Shown piece after piece: positions 13,915 to 27,510 of a stretch of 64,000 nucleotides of DNA. Position 1 is the first letter of the stretch; each line of letters begins with the position of its first letter. The translations under genes were made by a program, and so were the position numbers. Where the stretch lies: the NCBI RefSeq assembly GCF_009914755.1, contig NC_060928.1. One strand, given 5' to 3'. The DNA comes from the human T2T-CHM13v2.0 reference genome, Homo sapiens. A model generated the notes under the pieces. The model saw nothing but the letters and a program-made list of their open reading frames with translations, searched no databases and was not told the origin of the DNA.

Positions 13915-14080
13915 CCATCTCTGATTGTAGCGTATTTAGGTTGTTTTCAACTTCTTCCTAGATAACTTGCAATGAACGTTTTAAAAATATATACTTGTGC
14001 ACATTTATGCTCATTTATGATTATTTAGATGTACAATTATTAGATGAGATAATATAAAAAATTTACAGCCTTTCACTTTT

Positions 14081-14949
14081 ATTTTTCTTTTTCTTTTATT
14101 TTACTTTAAGTTCCAGGATACATGTGTAGAATGCGCAGGTTTGTTACATAGGTATACATGTGCCATGTTAGTTTGCTGCACCTACCAACCCGTCATCTAG
14201 GGTTTAAGCACCACATGCATTAGGTATTTGTCTTAATGCTCTCCCTCCCCTTGCCTACCCCCCTAACAGGCCCCAGTGTGTGATGTTCCCCTCCCTGTGT
14301 CCATGTGTTCCCATTGTTCAACTCCCACTTATGAGTGAGAACATGAAGTGTTTGGTTGTCTGTTCATTTGTTAGTTTGCTGAGAATGATGGCTTCCAGCT
14401 TCATCCATGTCCCTGCAAAGGACATGATCTCATTCTTTGCTATGGCTGCACAGTATTCCACGATGTGTAAGTGCCACATTTTCTTTATTCAGTATATCAT
14501 TGATGGGCATTTGGGTTGGTTCCAAGTCTTTGCTATTGTAAATAGTGCTGCAGTAAACATCTGTGTGTATGTGTCTTTATAGTAGAATGATTTATAATCC
14601 TATGGGTAAATACCCAGTAATGAGATTGCTGGGTCAAATGGTATTTCTGGTTCTAGATCCTTGAGGAATCGCCACACTGCCTTCCACAATGGTTGAACTA
14701 ATTTACACTCCCACCAACAGTGTAAAAGCGTTCCTATTTCTTCACAGCCTTGCCAGCATCTGCTGTTTCCCAGCTTTTTAGTAATCACCATTCTGACTGG
14801 TGTGAGATAATATCTCATTGTGGTTTTGATTCGCATTGCTCTAATGATCAGTGAATGTTGAGCTTCTTTTCATATGTTTATTGGTCACATATATGTTTTC
14901 TTTATAGAAGTGTCTGTTCATATCCTTTGCCCACTTTTTTATGGGGTTG
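14081..14949 (-). mobile_element. 5'-truncated L1PA (older, roughly PA7-PA13 type), ORF2 C-terminus plus 3'UTR
   Basis: ORF 14600-14836(-) is the L1 ORF2 C-terminus (TLLHCWWECKLVQPLWK...EIPFDPAI); TSD agcctttcactttt (14067-14080) / aggctttcactttt (14950-14963). Confidence 0.95.
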
Positions 14950-15589
14950 AGGCTTTCACTTTTTTATTGTGAATTTGTTTTCGGGAAAACTTTTACCAAT
15001 TTTAATTCACATAAGTAGTGCATGAGAAAGTCTACTTTCTCACATGCTTGCTGATAAATGTTAACATTCATTTTTATCCTTGCCAGTCAGATAAGCAATA
15101 AATTAAATAGTTCTTGTTATTTTAATTTGTATTCCCCAAAGGTATGTTAAGAGAGCAAAACAATAAATAATTCACCCTCAATGGTTGCTGTTAAACTTTG
15201 TCTTTTTAAAATTTAAGCTTTAAAGATTATGACTTTAATTATTTTTTCTTCTCATAAATAATATTTCTCTTCTAAATAATTCTAAGTCACAATTATGTAG
15301 GGATAAAAAAGAAAGTATACATTTTAATGCTTTCCTCCATTAAATTTGAATGTGTGTTAATTTTGTATTCAGTGCTGCAGGTTTTTACAGAATACTGTCT
15401 TTGGTTCCATATTGAACATTCACCTTGAGGACTTTAGTCTATTGATTGAAAGCTTTAGTTCATCTAATAGAATTATTATGACACATACTCCAACTAAAAA
15501 TCAGTCAAGGACAGTCCCAGAAGTTAATACTCTTCCAAAGACTGATGCCTCCACTGAGCACCTCTAGGAAGTATGAGATGGTGTTGCAT

Positions 15590-16350
15590 CACTTCTCACT
15601 AAGTTCTTATAACCCCACATCCAATATATCAACAAATTTCATCAGCTCTACCTTCAAAAATTACCTAGAATCCAATTATGTCTTATTAAATCCATTTTAC
15701 TGCCAAGTCACTTCTGATTTATTGCAAAAGGCTCCTAATTGATCTCCCAGCTTCTTCACTTGCCTCTTCCAGTCTATTGTCAATAGTAACTGTCAACTGT
15801 CTAGTAAACTGTGAAAATATATCTGATCATGTCTCTCCTCTGCTCAGAGCCCATCTGGCTTCCTATCTTAGTCAAAGTAACAGCTGACATCATCATAGTG
15901 GCCTAAAGACTCTAGTGAAGCTCTGCCCCATCCAAATACATTGCCTCTCAGATATTTCCTAATATCTGGCTCTAGCTTCCTTGGTCCTAGCCACGCTAGT
16001 GTCTCTTCTGTCTCTTAAACAAGTCAGAGACTCTTAACTGCTGTATTTATACTTACTCTTTCTTCTGTCTGAATGCTGTTTCTACAGAGGTGCTTTCTAA
16101 TTGAAGGTACAATCATTTCTCACATATGCCTTCTTCTCATTATTTGTTTAATTTCTCTTCACAGCACCTATCATCACCATCTGACATTTTATATATATAT
16201 ATATATATTTCCTTTTTTGTTTGTTGTCTGTCACTCCCACTAAAATGTAGGTCTAGAAGAATAGAAATGTTCGTTTGTTGTTTGTTTTGTTCACTGCTGT
16301 ATTCTTAGTGTGTGCCTGGCATTAACACTCTTTTGAATGACTGAATAAAT
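15590..16350 (+). mobile_element. L2 3' fragment, containing an (AT)9 tract at 16191-16208
   Basis: ccccacatccaat...agctctaccttcaaaa...ttgttcactgctgtatt...gtgcctggca...tgaatgactgaataaat L2 3' end. Confidence 0.8.
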
Positions 16351-18899
16351 ATCTGAATTTCTGCTATTTCCCTATAAGTAATATTATTTTGGATAGAAAT
16401 GCCACTAATCCTGAAACATTTTCAAGTTTTATATGGTTTTTATCTTTAATATTTGTGTGGCTTTCTGCTACATTCCAATATTTAATTAGCTTTAGTTTAC
16501 ATTTATTAAATGCTTCTATATCCAGATAATGTCATATCATAAGTTTCAGTTGACATTTATTAACATTACTACTTCTTATAATATTTTAACAGAAATATGA
16601 TTCATCAACTCCAGTGTTTGTAAATATCATCACCATTCTGAAGTCAAATGTTGCCAAAGTCTTCCATTAAATACTTGCAGACTTCTCTCATTTGGTACAG
16701 CCAGTCACTCCTTACAGCTGCAATATGTTATATCTCGAATGTATTTCTTGATAGCTTTCTTTAAGATAACTGCACTTGCAAAGTTCTTTGTACCTAGAAA
16801 ACTTTCAACAAATATTTAGAGAATATAATTTACTCATGCATGTGGATAGACACATGTAAGATTCACTTAAGTGTCAAATTTACTAATATAATGAAAACTT
16901 GGACCAAACAAGCAACAAAAAATATTATCCAGCACTCATACTCAAAACGCAGTCTGAGAGTTTGGTATTTTTCAGTTCCTAAAGGTTGATCATGTGGTTC
17001 ATAAAATCTTAGTCTCCAAAATGTATTTTCAAATGAATGTCAGGCAGAACCAACAAATGAGAACTAGGGTACTTAGGATTATTGTAATTGCCTAATGTGT
17101 TTGGTGACCTTGTATTCCCACTTACAGCAACTTATGCTTCTTTCAAATTCTTTTGTACAAAAAAAATTGTCTTGTCCACTCTCCACTTAGCCTTTAAGTC
17201 ACTAAGATGTGGCTATTTCATTAGTTGAAAGCAATGTCTAAAATAAAATATTTTATTTTAAAAATCAATCATCTTGCATAATAATAGCTTTAACTTTATG
17301 CTCAATTTAAAATATTTGTATTTAAATAATTGCTTACAGAATAGAAATAGAAATGATATATAAGATAATATAGAAGATGTAAGGATTTAAGAAGTTAGGA
17401 TGACAGTATTTTTATTTACTTTTATCATTTGTAATTGTATCTTATTGTCTGGTAAAAACATTTAAGGAAAGATTAAAATCTAAGTTTAATGTATTATTTA
17501 TAAACATTTGCTCCTTCATAAAATCTTCCTGCAATCCCTCTTTTTAAAAATGTTTTCATTGCATATCCCGATGATCTGCTTTTCTTCTCTCCATGAAACT
17601 CAGATACTAGTTTTCTTTACAACACCTGGATTGTTTCTTCCTCTCCTGCTGTTCCTTATTTTGTTTTTCTATTCTGGTGTCTTGATATCTCCTTTTAACA
17701 AATTCCATACCATTGGCCTTCCTAACTTGTGAACATTTCTAATACTCACATATGCTCTATAAAAAAAAGTGAGGTTTTTCCAAGAAGAACAGTGGCCATT
17801 AATTCTGCATATATCAAAATGGAATGTGTCATCTTTGAGCAAAATATAAGCTCACACCATGCATAAAGACAACTATTGTTTGCTTCAGCCAGGAGTATGT
17901 TTTAGGGAAAAAATATTTTAAACAAGCCATTAAGAAATAGTCTCTTTTTTCTTTAATGTCTTTGAGCTACATATGTGAGCAGAATTATAAAGAATTTCCA
18001 GTGACTCATTCTTAGTTTTGGCCTTCCTGGCATTCTGTAGTCGTGCATATTAAAACCTCTAAACAGCTCTCAGTAAAGCCTTGGCAGTAGAGCTTGTAGC
18101 TTGTACCTATCAAAAATGTCAGATGCTTTTTTCCAACGCCATCACTAGCAAACAATATTACTTAGTTATTAACATATAGGAATTAACGGCAAAATCTGCA
18201 AGTTGCAAACAGTGTTGTAAATCAACTAAGCATTTATCATGAGATTTTTTAAGTGACTGAATACAGATTCAGAATCATGAAGTTATTATCTAATAACCCA
18301 ACAAGTGATGTGAATAAATCCTTGCTAATATGAAAATTATCAGCCACTGAAACACCCTTTTCTACAAGCAGGTCTGTGGATCCTCATGCTAATGTACTTA
18401 GATTGATAAACCACAGACATTCTCTGAAAGCTTCGTTTGTTCCAGTTGCTGAGGCTTGTGCTTAGAGCATCTGTCATGCAAATGATCAGCAAATCATAAC
18501 CTGTAATTTGTTTTCATTTAATAGGCAGACAGGTTTTCACCAATTTAGACTCAAGTCCTATTAATACTCTTTGAAACTAATTGCTGGAAAATGAATTTTA
18601 ATGACAGGATTTTATCATTTATTATTTTCCCTTCTGTCCCTATAAAGGAAGACTCAAAGCCATCTACTCACACTTTGAAAATATATGTTAAATAGGCACA
18701 AGCCATAATCTCCTGTCATCTGGGCTGTTGCAAAGGACCCCTAATCCCCTCTCTTGTAATAATCCATTCTACACTCTACTCTTAAAATTACTTTCTTACT
18801 ATCCCATTTCCCTTCCACAAAATCTTCAATTCCCTGTCAAGTAAATAGCAGACACTTTAATATGGCTTCGTTGCCCTCCATTATCTGTTTGCAGTTTAC

Positions 18900-20110
18900 A
18901 TATTTTTATCCTTATTTGATATCGCAATATAACATGTATACAGAAAAAAGCATGAAACATTAATTAATAAGTAGTAAAGTAACATCCAGAAAACACTACT
19001 CAGAGCAAAAAGCAGACGATTGTCATTACCACAGAAACCACCTCCCCAGTGCATCTTTCTGATCAGACCCTTCCCAGCATCCCAGAGTCTAACCACCCAG
19101 AGATAATCACTTCCTCTATTTTCTTTAGATTGTCTCCAGCTACGTGTGAATTCTTAAATAATATGGTCAATTTACCCATTTTTGAATGTTATGTAAATGG
19201 AATCAAAATCTGCTTTCTTTGGCTATTGCTTTTTTCACTCAAATTATTCTCTTAAACATTCATTCATTTTAGGGTACAGCTTCAGTTAACTTCAATTTTA
19301 AGCTGTTTAGTATTCCACTGCATCAATGTACCACAATATATTTATCTTTTCCATGTTGATGGGCACTTGGATTTTTAGATTGTTTCCACATTTGAGCTAT
19401 TACAGACAAGGGTGCTATGAGCATTCTTGGATGTATAGTTTGGTGCCCAGTATTCTTTTGTATTCATACCTAAGGAGTGGAATTTCTAGGACTTAGCCAT
19501 GCATATTCATACTAGATAAATATTGATGTAATACGTAAAACCAAGTAATATTAACTTGTATATAAGTAGCTCTGTATGCTACTAGACAAGTCAAAATATT
19601 TTTCAAAATGGTTGTAAATTTATATATCGAGCAGGAGTGAATGCTATTCACTCCTACTTCTATTTCGACTTCTAGAAATAGGAGCACTTCTATTTCTTTA
19701 TATGCTTGACAGTACTTGGGATTATCAGACTACCTCACTTTCTGTTCCTCCTCTATTTATTCTTGCTTTAGGATTTTCTATCCTCTTGTTTATTCTTCCT
19801 TCACCCTGGATATTAATTCTGACCTATTGCAATTCATGAATTCTTTCTTCATCTGTTTCTAATCTATTAATGACTCAGTCATATGTTAACTTTGGTAATT
19901 GTCTTTTCTAATTCTCAAATTTGTTTAGTTCTTTTTCAACTGTGTAACAACACTCCTTTGTAGTTTCCAGTTTCCTGCCAATTAAAAAAGCATTGCCCTT
20001 CATTTCTTCAAACACAATAAACATAATATTTCCAATATGCATCTGAAAATTCTAGTATCTAAATTCTTGAGGATCAATTTCTGTTCCTTGTTTCTTCTGC
20101 AGGTTCTATT
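18900..20110 (-). mobile_element. Old L1ME/L1M fragments
   Basis: tagtattccactg...atgtaccacaat...gttgatgggcacttgg...gctatgagcattcttg...atacctaaggagtggaatt, antisense L1M 3' region. Confidence 0.75.
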
Positions 20111-20122
20111 ATTGAAGAATTA

Positions 20123-20202
20123 TTATGTTGGTGCAAAAGTAACTGAGGTTTCTACCATTACTTTTAATGGCAAACACCACAATTACTTTTACACTAATCT
20201 AA
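20123..20202. mobile_element. MADE1 (Hsmar1 mariner-derived MITE), 80 bp
   Basis: ttatgttggtgcaaaagtaactgaggtttctaccattacttttaatggcaaacaccacaattacttttacactaatctaa: imperfect ~37 bp TIRs, exact 80 bp length, TA target duplication at 20121-20122 and 20203-20204. Confidence 0.93.
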
Positions 20203-22128
20203 TATTTCTTTTCACCACATTTCTTTGATTTTTGTTTGGACATCATATTCAAAAATTATTTGAAGGAATCATGTTACACCTAAAGTAATATTACCTTTTT
20301 CTAGAGAGGATTGTGTTTTTCTCTGTCAGGAATCTGGAGCCTCCATCAGGGTACCACCATAAATTGTGTTAAAATTTGAGATTAAACTATGCAGTCCTGG
20401 ATTTTAATCCATAGGTGGAAAAAAATAGAGTTTCAAAGAGGTAAGCTTCAATTAAGACAGATTATGATGCCTCCTTCTTCTGTAACATATTGTGTGACTT
20501 TGAGTTGAGATTCTTCCTAAGTTTTCTGATCTATTAAAAAAGATATAGCTGGTAATCCCCAAAATCATGATTTTCCTTTTTTTTTTTTTTTTACAGTTTC
20601 TACTGTATTTCTTTGTTGTCCTGTCAGTACCAGTTATGGTGTGTGTTGCTTTTTCTTTCTTTATATTTTTGTTGAGCACAGTGATTGAGTACATGCCCCA
20701 CTAATAGGGTATAATTATTTTGAGAGTAATATCTATGACTTAACACCATATCTCTCACTATATTGAGTGTAGTACCTTGATGCAGTAGCTAGCTGCTCAG
20801 TGAATGTTAAATGGATAAATCAATGACTGAATAAATTTTAGAGATAGGTACATAGATAAAAGTGATCAAAACAAGCTAAGTATTACTGCAGAGAAGGAAC
20901 AAGTATCTTTTCTATTATAGTTCCCAAAGCTTCAACCAAATTTCTTTTGCTATGTTTACCTGTCCAATATATTGGCTGGTTGTACTCATAGAGTACTAGT
21001 CTTAGTTAGAATTTATGAGTAATGGTCCAAATCCGTAATAGAGCTTAAAACTAAAGCTTTAAAAACATTGATCCAGATGAAGAATGATAGGATGCAATGA
21101 AAGTTTATTTAGGGCATAAAATTTAAAAGGTATGTTATCAATAATTCATTTTGAAAGTCCCCTTAATATAGCCATTTCTATTCTGTATCTTTAACCAGTT
21201 ATAGGTGACATTGCTAGGAACAGATTTTGACAGCAGACTTGTGCAAGGGATCTGTTTGCCTAGAGATTTACTTAAAAGGTAGAATTAAAGTCATTTCAAG
21301 AAAGAAATTTAACATAAGAAAATATAACCATTTAGTACACTAAATAATTGGTCTAGCTAGTTATGAGTTAAAAATGAAAAAGAATTAATAGTTTTTAGCA
21401 ACATATACATTGGGACAGTATTTTTGCCACATCTATCATTTACCTATGCAATAATTAAATTCATAATTTTTTAAGTGTCATATCGAAGAGTGTTATTCAA
21501 CTTCCTGGTGATTAAATTACTGATAAACATAGCCGATTTTTTTTGGTTTTGCAGGTCCTGAAAAATAGAGAATGCATATGACTTCCAAATATTGGTAGAA
21601 GAGCCAGTCAAATAATATCTTCCATGAATCCTCTTACAATTAATTTGCTGATTGATAGATGTTCAAAATCTAGAAATGAATGAGTTGCATGTAAGGAAAT
21701 CAGTACATGCTTCTGCTGCCATCATATATCACAATACAAGCATTAAAAGCTATATTAATTATAGAACTTTATGATCTTATTTACATGGTCTGTGAATTTG
21801 ATCTTTATTTTGGAATTCCTTTAATCCATTCTGATTCTAATCACCTCAGGACCAACTTTAGTGTATTTGTACAAGGCGTAATCATTGGCTAGCTCTATAA
21901 GTTGTCCAAACAACCAAATGAGATGTCGCAAATTCTGCCAATTGTGTAAAGTTTTATTATGTACTTTAAATATATGAATATTTGGAATATCAAGATGTGT
22001 TGTATTTTACCAACAATATTAAAGGTTTGCTTGTTCACTTTTCACTTGTATTATGATGTCATTTAAACAAGTCAGTATTATTAGAAATCTGATTCATTCT
22101 GAAAACCTCTCATCTACTGATCTAATGA

Positions 22129-22517
<389 letters not shown>

Positions 22518-22559
22518 ATTTCTTTCTTTCTTTCTTACATTCTAGAGCCTTGGCGAGTT

Positions 22560-22875
22560 GGCCCAAGTGTTGTACAGCATTTTCGGTGTCAGGGACATAG
22601 ACTTCTCTCCTTTCTCTGCTGTGTGTAGTCTCAGATAGTTACCAGAGCACCAGCCATTGTATGTTCTTTCTAGTTTTCAGGTAGCAGAAAGAATAAGAAA
22701 TGTTGCACAAACCACCCTGTTTACATCACGTTGGCCAGAATTAGTCACATGGCCATGAAGCAAGCCACTTTGCCTGAAGTAGGACTACAGATTGTCTTTA
22801 TTCTCCATAGTGGTAAAATATAAAAAAATATAATTAGAGAAGAAGAGAACTCCTCTGGAGGACAACTAGCAGTAA
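22560..22875 (-). mobile_element. MLT1 (J/I-like) MaLR LTR fragment
   Basis: ttggccagaattagtcacatggcca...gacaactagcagt. Confidence 0.6.
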
Positions 22876-24262
22876 CCTACTCTACTAACTGTCCATTTAC
22901 TAGTTCATTTTGCTCTAAGATAACATATAAACAGTGAAACTAAAATATGTTTTCAAAATTAGAAAATGTAAGTACCTTAGATAACCAAGATTAAAGAAAT
23001 GTTACAAATACCACAATATCAACATAGTTATAGATGAACATCAAACTTAGTACTGATTTTCTGAATATCCAAAATGAAAAGAAATACCTCAATAATTGGT
23101 TACATTGTTTTTTATCATTTTGAAAAAGGCACTACTGAGGCAAATGAAGCTCTTTGACCCTGAACAATTACAAAATTTATCTCATAGCAATTTTTAGGGA
23201 GAAAATTGTATATTATAGTTGACAATATTCCTATAACAGGTGCAGTGATTTTATAAGCTACTTACAGTGTCTTTGAATAAAAGCCAAAATGAAAGCATTA
23301 TGAAGGCTATTTTGTGAATCTCTGAGGAAAAATCATTCAAAAAAAAAAAAAAACCTTTGGCTATTCTGGCTTATATACAAGGAGAAATTTTAGCCTGCCC
23401 AGAGGGCTGGATGGACTACATACACCATGAATGGTTATCTGTAAATATTACTGTTGCTGAAAGATTTCTGAACAAATGTAGAAAATTAAGGAATAGATTA
23501 TCTAGTTTTCTGTAGTCTGCCAGCATGTTTCAAATCAATCGAGCTTTCTTAACACCAGGTGTTCTCAGAAGTGAAAGGGGCCTATTTGTTAGCTTTAAAA
23601 AGACAAAAATGGGAAAAGATAAAAGAGGTGGAAGCAGAAACCAATTTGCTAAATTTACTAAATTAGACAGTTTATTGAAAAGGTAAGTGAATTTCTCATA
23701 TCAGTCATAAAGAAGCTATTTTTCCAATGAAATGTGTGTTTATATCAAAGTCACAAAATTACTTAGTGAATAACTCCCAGTAAATGCGATATTATTAATT
23801 TCAGCTAAATTATATGTTCTTAGAATTTTTTTATCTTTTCAGATTGTTTTATGTAGATTATAGCTGTTAAAATTTTATTGGATGTAATTTACATGGTTTA
23901 CAAACAATAAATTCCTGAGAATAGATACGATAAATTTATAGTTTGTTGAATGATTTATTATTAAGGAGTCTCAGATTGGTCCTCCGAGGACAGGAAAAAT
24001 AAATTCATGGACCCTAAGTTTTTTAGTTACTTTTATCTAATTTTTGATATGGTAATAATTAAAAGGGAGATGATAAGAAATTGAATGATTAAGCATTGTT
24101 AAATAATATGATGCGTTAATAATGCATAAGTTATATTCCTGAGTTGATTCTTTCAAAGTATAAAACAATTTTTAGATTTAATCAAAACTCTTTAAAGAAT
24201 TAATCTTTGCTTTTAGGGAGCACTATAGATTGACATCAGAAATTTCTCTTATTTCCATGTAG

Positions 24263-24541
<279 letters not shown>

Positions 24542-24770
24542 TGAAGCTGATTTCATATAAAATAAGTGTGATGTATTTAGGTTGGTTAAGCATTAGGTGG
24601 TGGAATTGAGTACAAAAGTCTCACTCAATACTATTTTATGAACTTTGTGGAAAGAAAAGTAGTTGACAAAATAAACCTAAATGTTAAAATATATCCTGTA
24701 ATAGAAAAGGGTTTAGAAGAAGACCTTTTCTTTGCTCAACTTATACCCCAAAAACAGAAAGTGTATATGA

Positions 24771-25052
<282 letters not shown>

Positions 25053-25179
25053 ACTATTGTTTTCTTTTTAAAAATGTGATGTTATTGGAAAAAATTAAAA
25101 CATTCACTGCTTAGAAACTAATCATTTCATTCTGTAATCTAATCAAGATAGGTATGTACATATGTATATATTTTTCTTT

Positions 25180-27510
25180 GTTCTTTCAATTCTCAGAAAG
25201 GTGTTTAAAACCTCTATGTCTTTCTTTAGTCCTGTCAGAATCTGCTTCAGTTTTTTGAGGCTCTGTTATTAGGCACATAGACATTTATAATTATTACATT
25301 TTCCTGATAAATTATTGAATAGTTGGGTTTAGGTTTATAACTTACTGTTTGGTTTATATGTATACCATTTTTTTCTCTGTTGCTTCTTTTCCTGTTTTTC
25401 TTGGGGTTAATTAAATATATTTCAGTATTTGATTTTATTGCTCTTACTGCCTTTTTAGTTGTCTCCCTTTGTATTTTTGTTCGTGGTTAGTCTAAAGGTC
25501 ATAATATGCCTTCTTAACTTACTACATTCTATCTTAAGTTAATATTGTACTACTTCACATAAAAAGTAATAAATTTTCAGCAATATAATTTTATTTGTAC
25601 TCACTCCTTTTTGATATTGTGTTCACATATTTATATTTTATTAACCTCATACCAAATATCATAGTTTTTTATTTAAATATTTATTGTCTTTTAAAGGTAC
25701 AGAAAGAAAAAAAAAAAGACAGTTGCTGGGATATAATCACTTATCTACCGTGTCTGGGGCTCTTTATTCCTTACATATATTTGAGCTCCCATTTGGTATA
25801 ATTTACCTTCAACCTGAAGAACTTTCTTTAGAGTGTCTTGAAGTGCAGGGCTACGTAGGTAGCATATACTCTCAACTTTTGTTTACCTTGAAATGTCTTT
25901 TTTAACCCTCATTTCAAAATGATATTCTTACTGGATATCAAACTCTGAATTTACAGGGTTTTTTAATGTTCATCATTTTAAAGTTGTGATTCTATCAGTT
26001 TTGCCATATATTATTTCTGATGAGAAATTAGCCATCATCTGTATCCTGATTCTTTATATGTAGTATATTTTTGTATGTGTTAGTGGCCATTCTACAAGTT
26101 TCTCTTCATTTTTTGGTGTTTAGAAATTTAATTATGATGTTCTAGATATGATTTTCTTTGCATTTATTGTGCTGAGAGTTCACTAAACTTCTGGGATAGG
26201 TTACATTTAGTAAATATAGAGAATTATTTCTTCAATTTTTTTTACCTTCTTTCCTTTCTCTTCTTGATTTGAGGCTCAGAGAATATTCAAGTTAGATCAC
26301 TTAATGTTGTCTCCTAAGTCACTGAGGCCTTGCTTGTTTTATTAAGATATTTTTACTCCCTGACCTTCAGATTTGACAATTTGTCTTGATCTGCCTTCAA
26401 GTTTACTGATATTCTGCCACCTTCAAATTTTTGTTAAGTCCTTTCAGTAGCTTTTTCATTCTAGATTGCTTATTTTTTCTTTCCAGAATTTCAATTTTTT
26501 GAAATAATTTTTACTTTTCTGCTGAGATTTCCTATCTTTTTATCAGTTATGACTTTCTTTTCTTAAAAGTTCATGATCACATTTATAATGGCTTCTTTAA
26601 AGTCCTTGTTTGCTAAAATTTCAACATCTTATCATCTCAGAATACATTGCATTTTCCTGGTTCCTCACATTTCTGGTTACATTTGATTATATATTGGACT
26701 TTGTGGTTGATACATTGTTAAGACTTGGGATTATGTCTCTGAAATTGTATATTCTGAAAAGGATTGATTTTTGCTTCAGTGGATAGTTAAATCACTATCT
26801 GTTCTCTTGAATTTGTGGAGATTTAGCTTTAAACATTGTTAAGGCAGGTCTATTTGATGTAATCTTGGTCCCTAGGGCAAATCCCTTGGTTTTCGTAGTC
26901 CACATATTTCTAAGATATAACCTTCTGGAGTTTCTGGGGAAAGCCTGTGGTTCTCCTCAAGCCCTTCTGACTTAAAGGAACTCAAAATTCAATCTGTATC
27001 TTCCCTGTCATAGGCAACAGTTGTAATCCCCTCTTTAGCACGTTTAGCCTTCTAGCCATTACTCTTTGCTAATTTTCCTAGGATCTCTCCCATATATGTG
27101 CAGTTTAGGGGTCAGCTAAGGATTTTAGAAAGTTTATACACAGATTTTGGGGCTCACTCCTCTGTGGCATCCTCCTTCTTGTGTTTCCCTTTTCAATTTC
27201 TGGCAACCCTAGCTGATTCAAACTCCATCCTCTGACAAGTTAGTTAATAAGACTGACTTTCTACTTGAGCTCTGTCGACCCCATCCCCGCTGAACTGAAG
27301 TGGGTCCTCAATGACTAAGCCTAATAAAGGAGGGCTCTACCCCGTGCAGTTATTATTTTCAAGGGTACCCTGCAGTTTCTGCCTGCTTTGGGTTGCTCTC
27401 CAGTCTTTTCTATATATTTTTTTCAATTTGGTCCTGAATTTTTAATTTTTATTCTGATAGGGCTAGTCCAATAAAAGCTAGTACATCATTGCTAGAATTG
27501 GAATAATTTC
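25180..27510 (-). mobile_element. Old L1M (L1ME-type) 5'UTR/ORF1/early ORF2 fragments
   Basis: ttttgaggctctgttattaggcacata, ttctgatgagaaattagcc and attatttcttcaa are typical antisense L1M motifs; strong T skew. Confidence 0.75.

Noticed and set aside
14280-14836. ORFs with clear protein similarity (HCWWECKLVQPLWK)
   Set aside because: L1 ORF2 C-terminal remnant in a 5'-truncated element; the same applies to 40293-41005.
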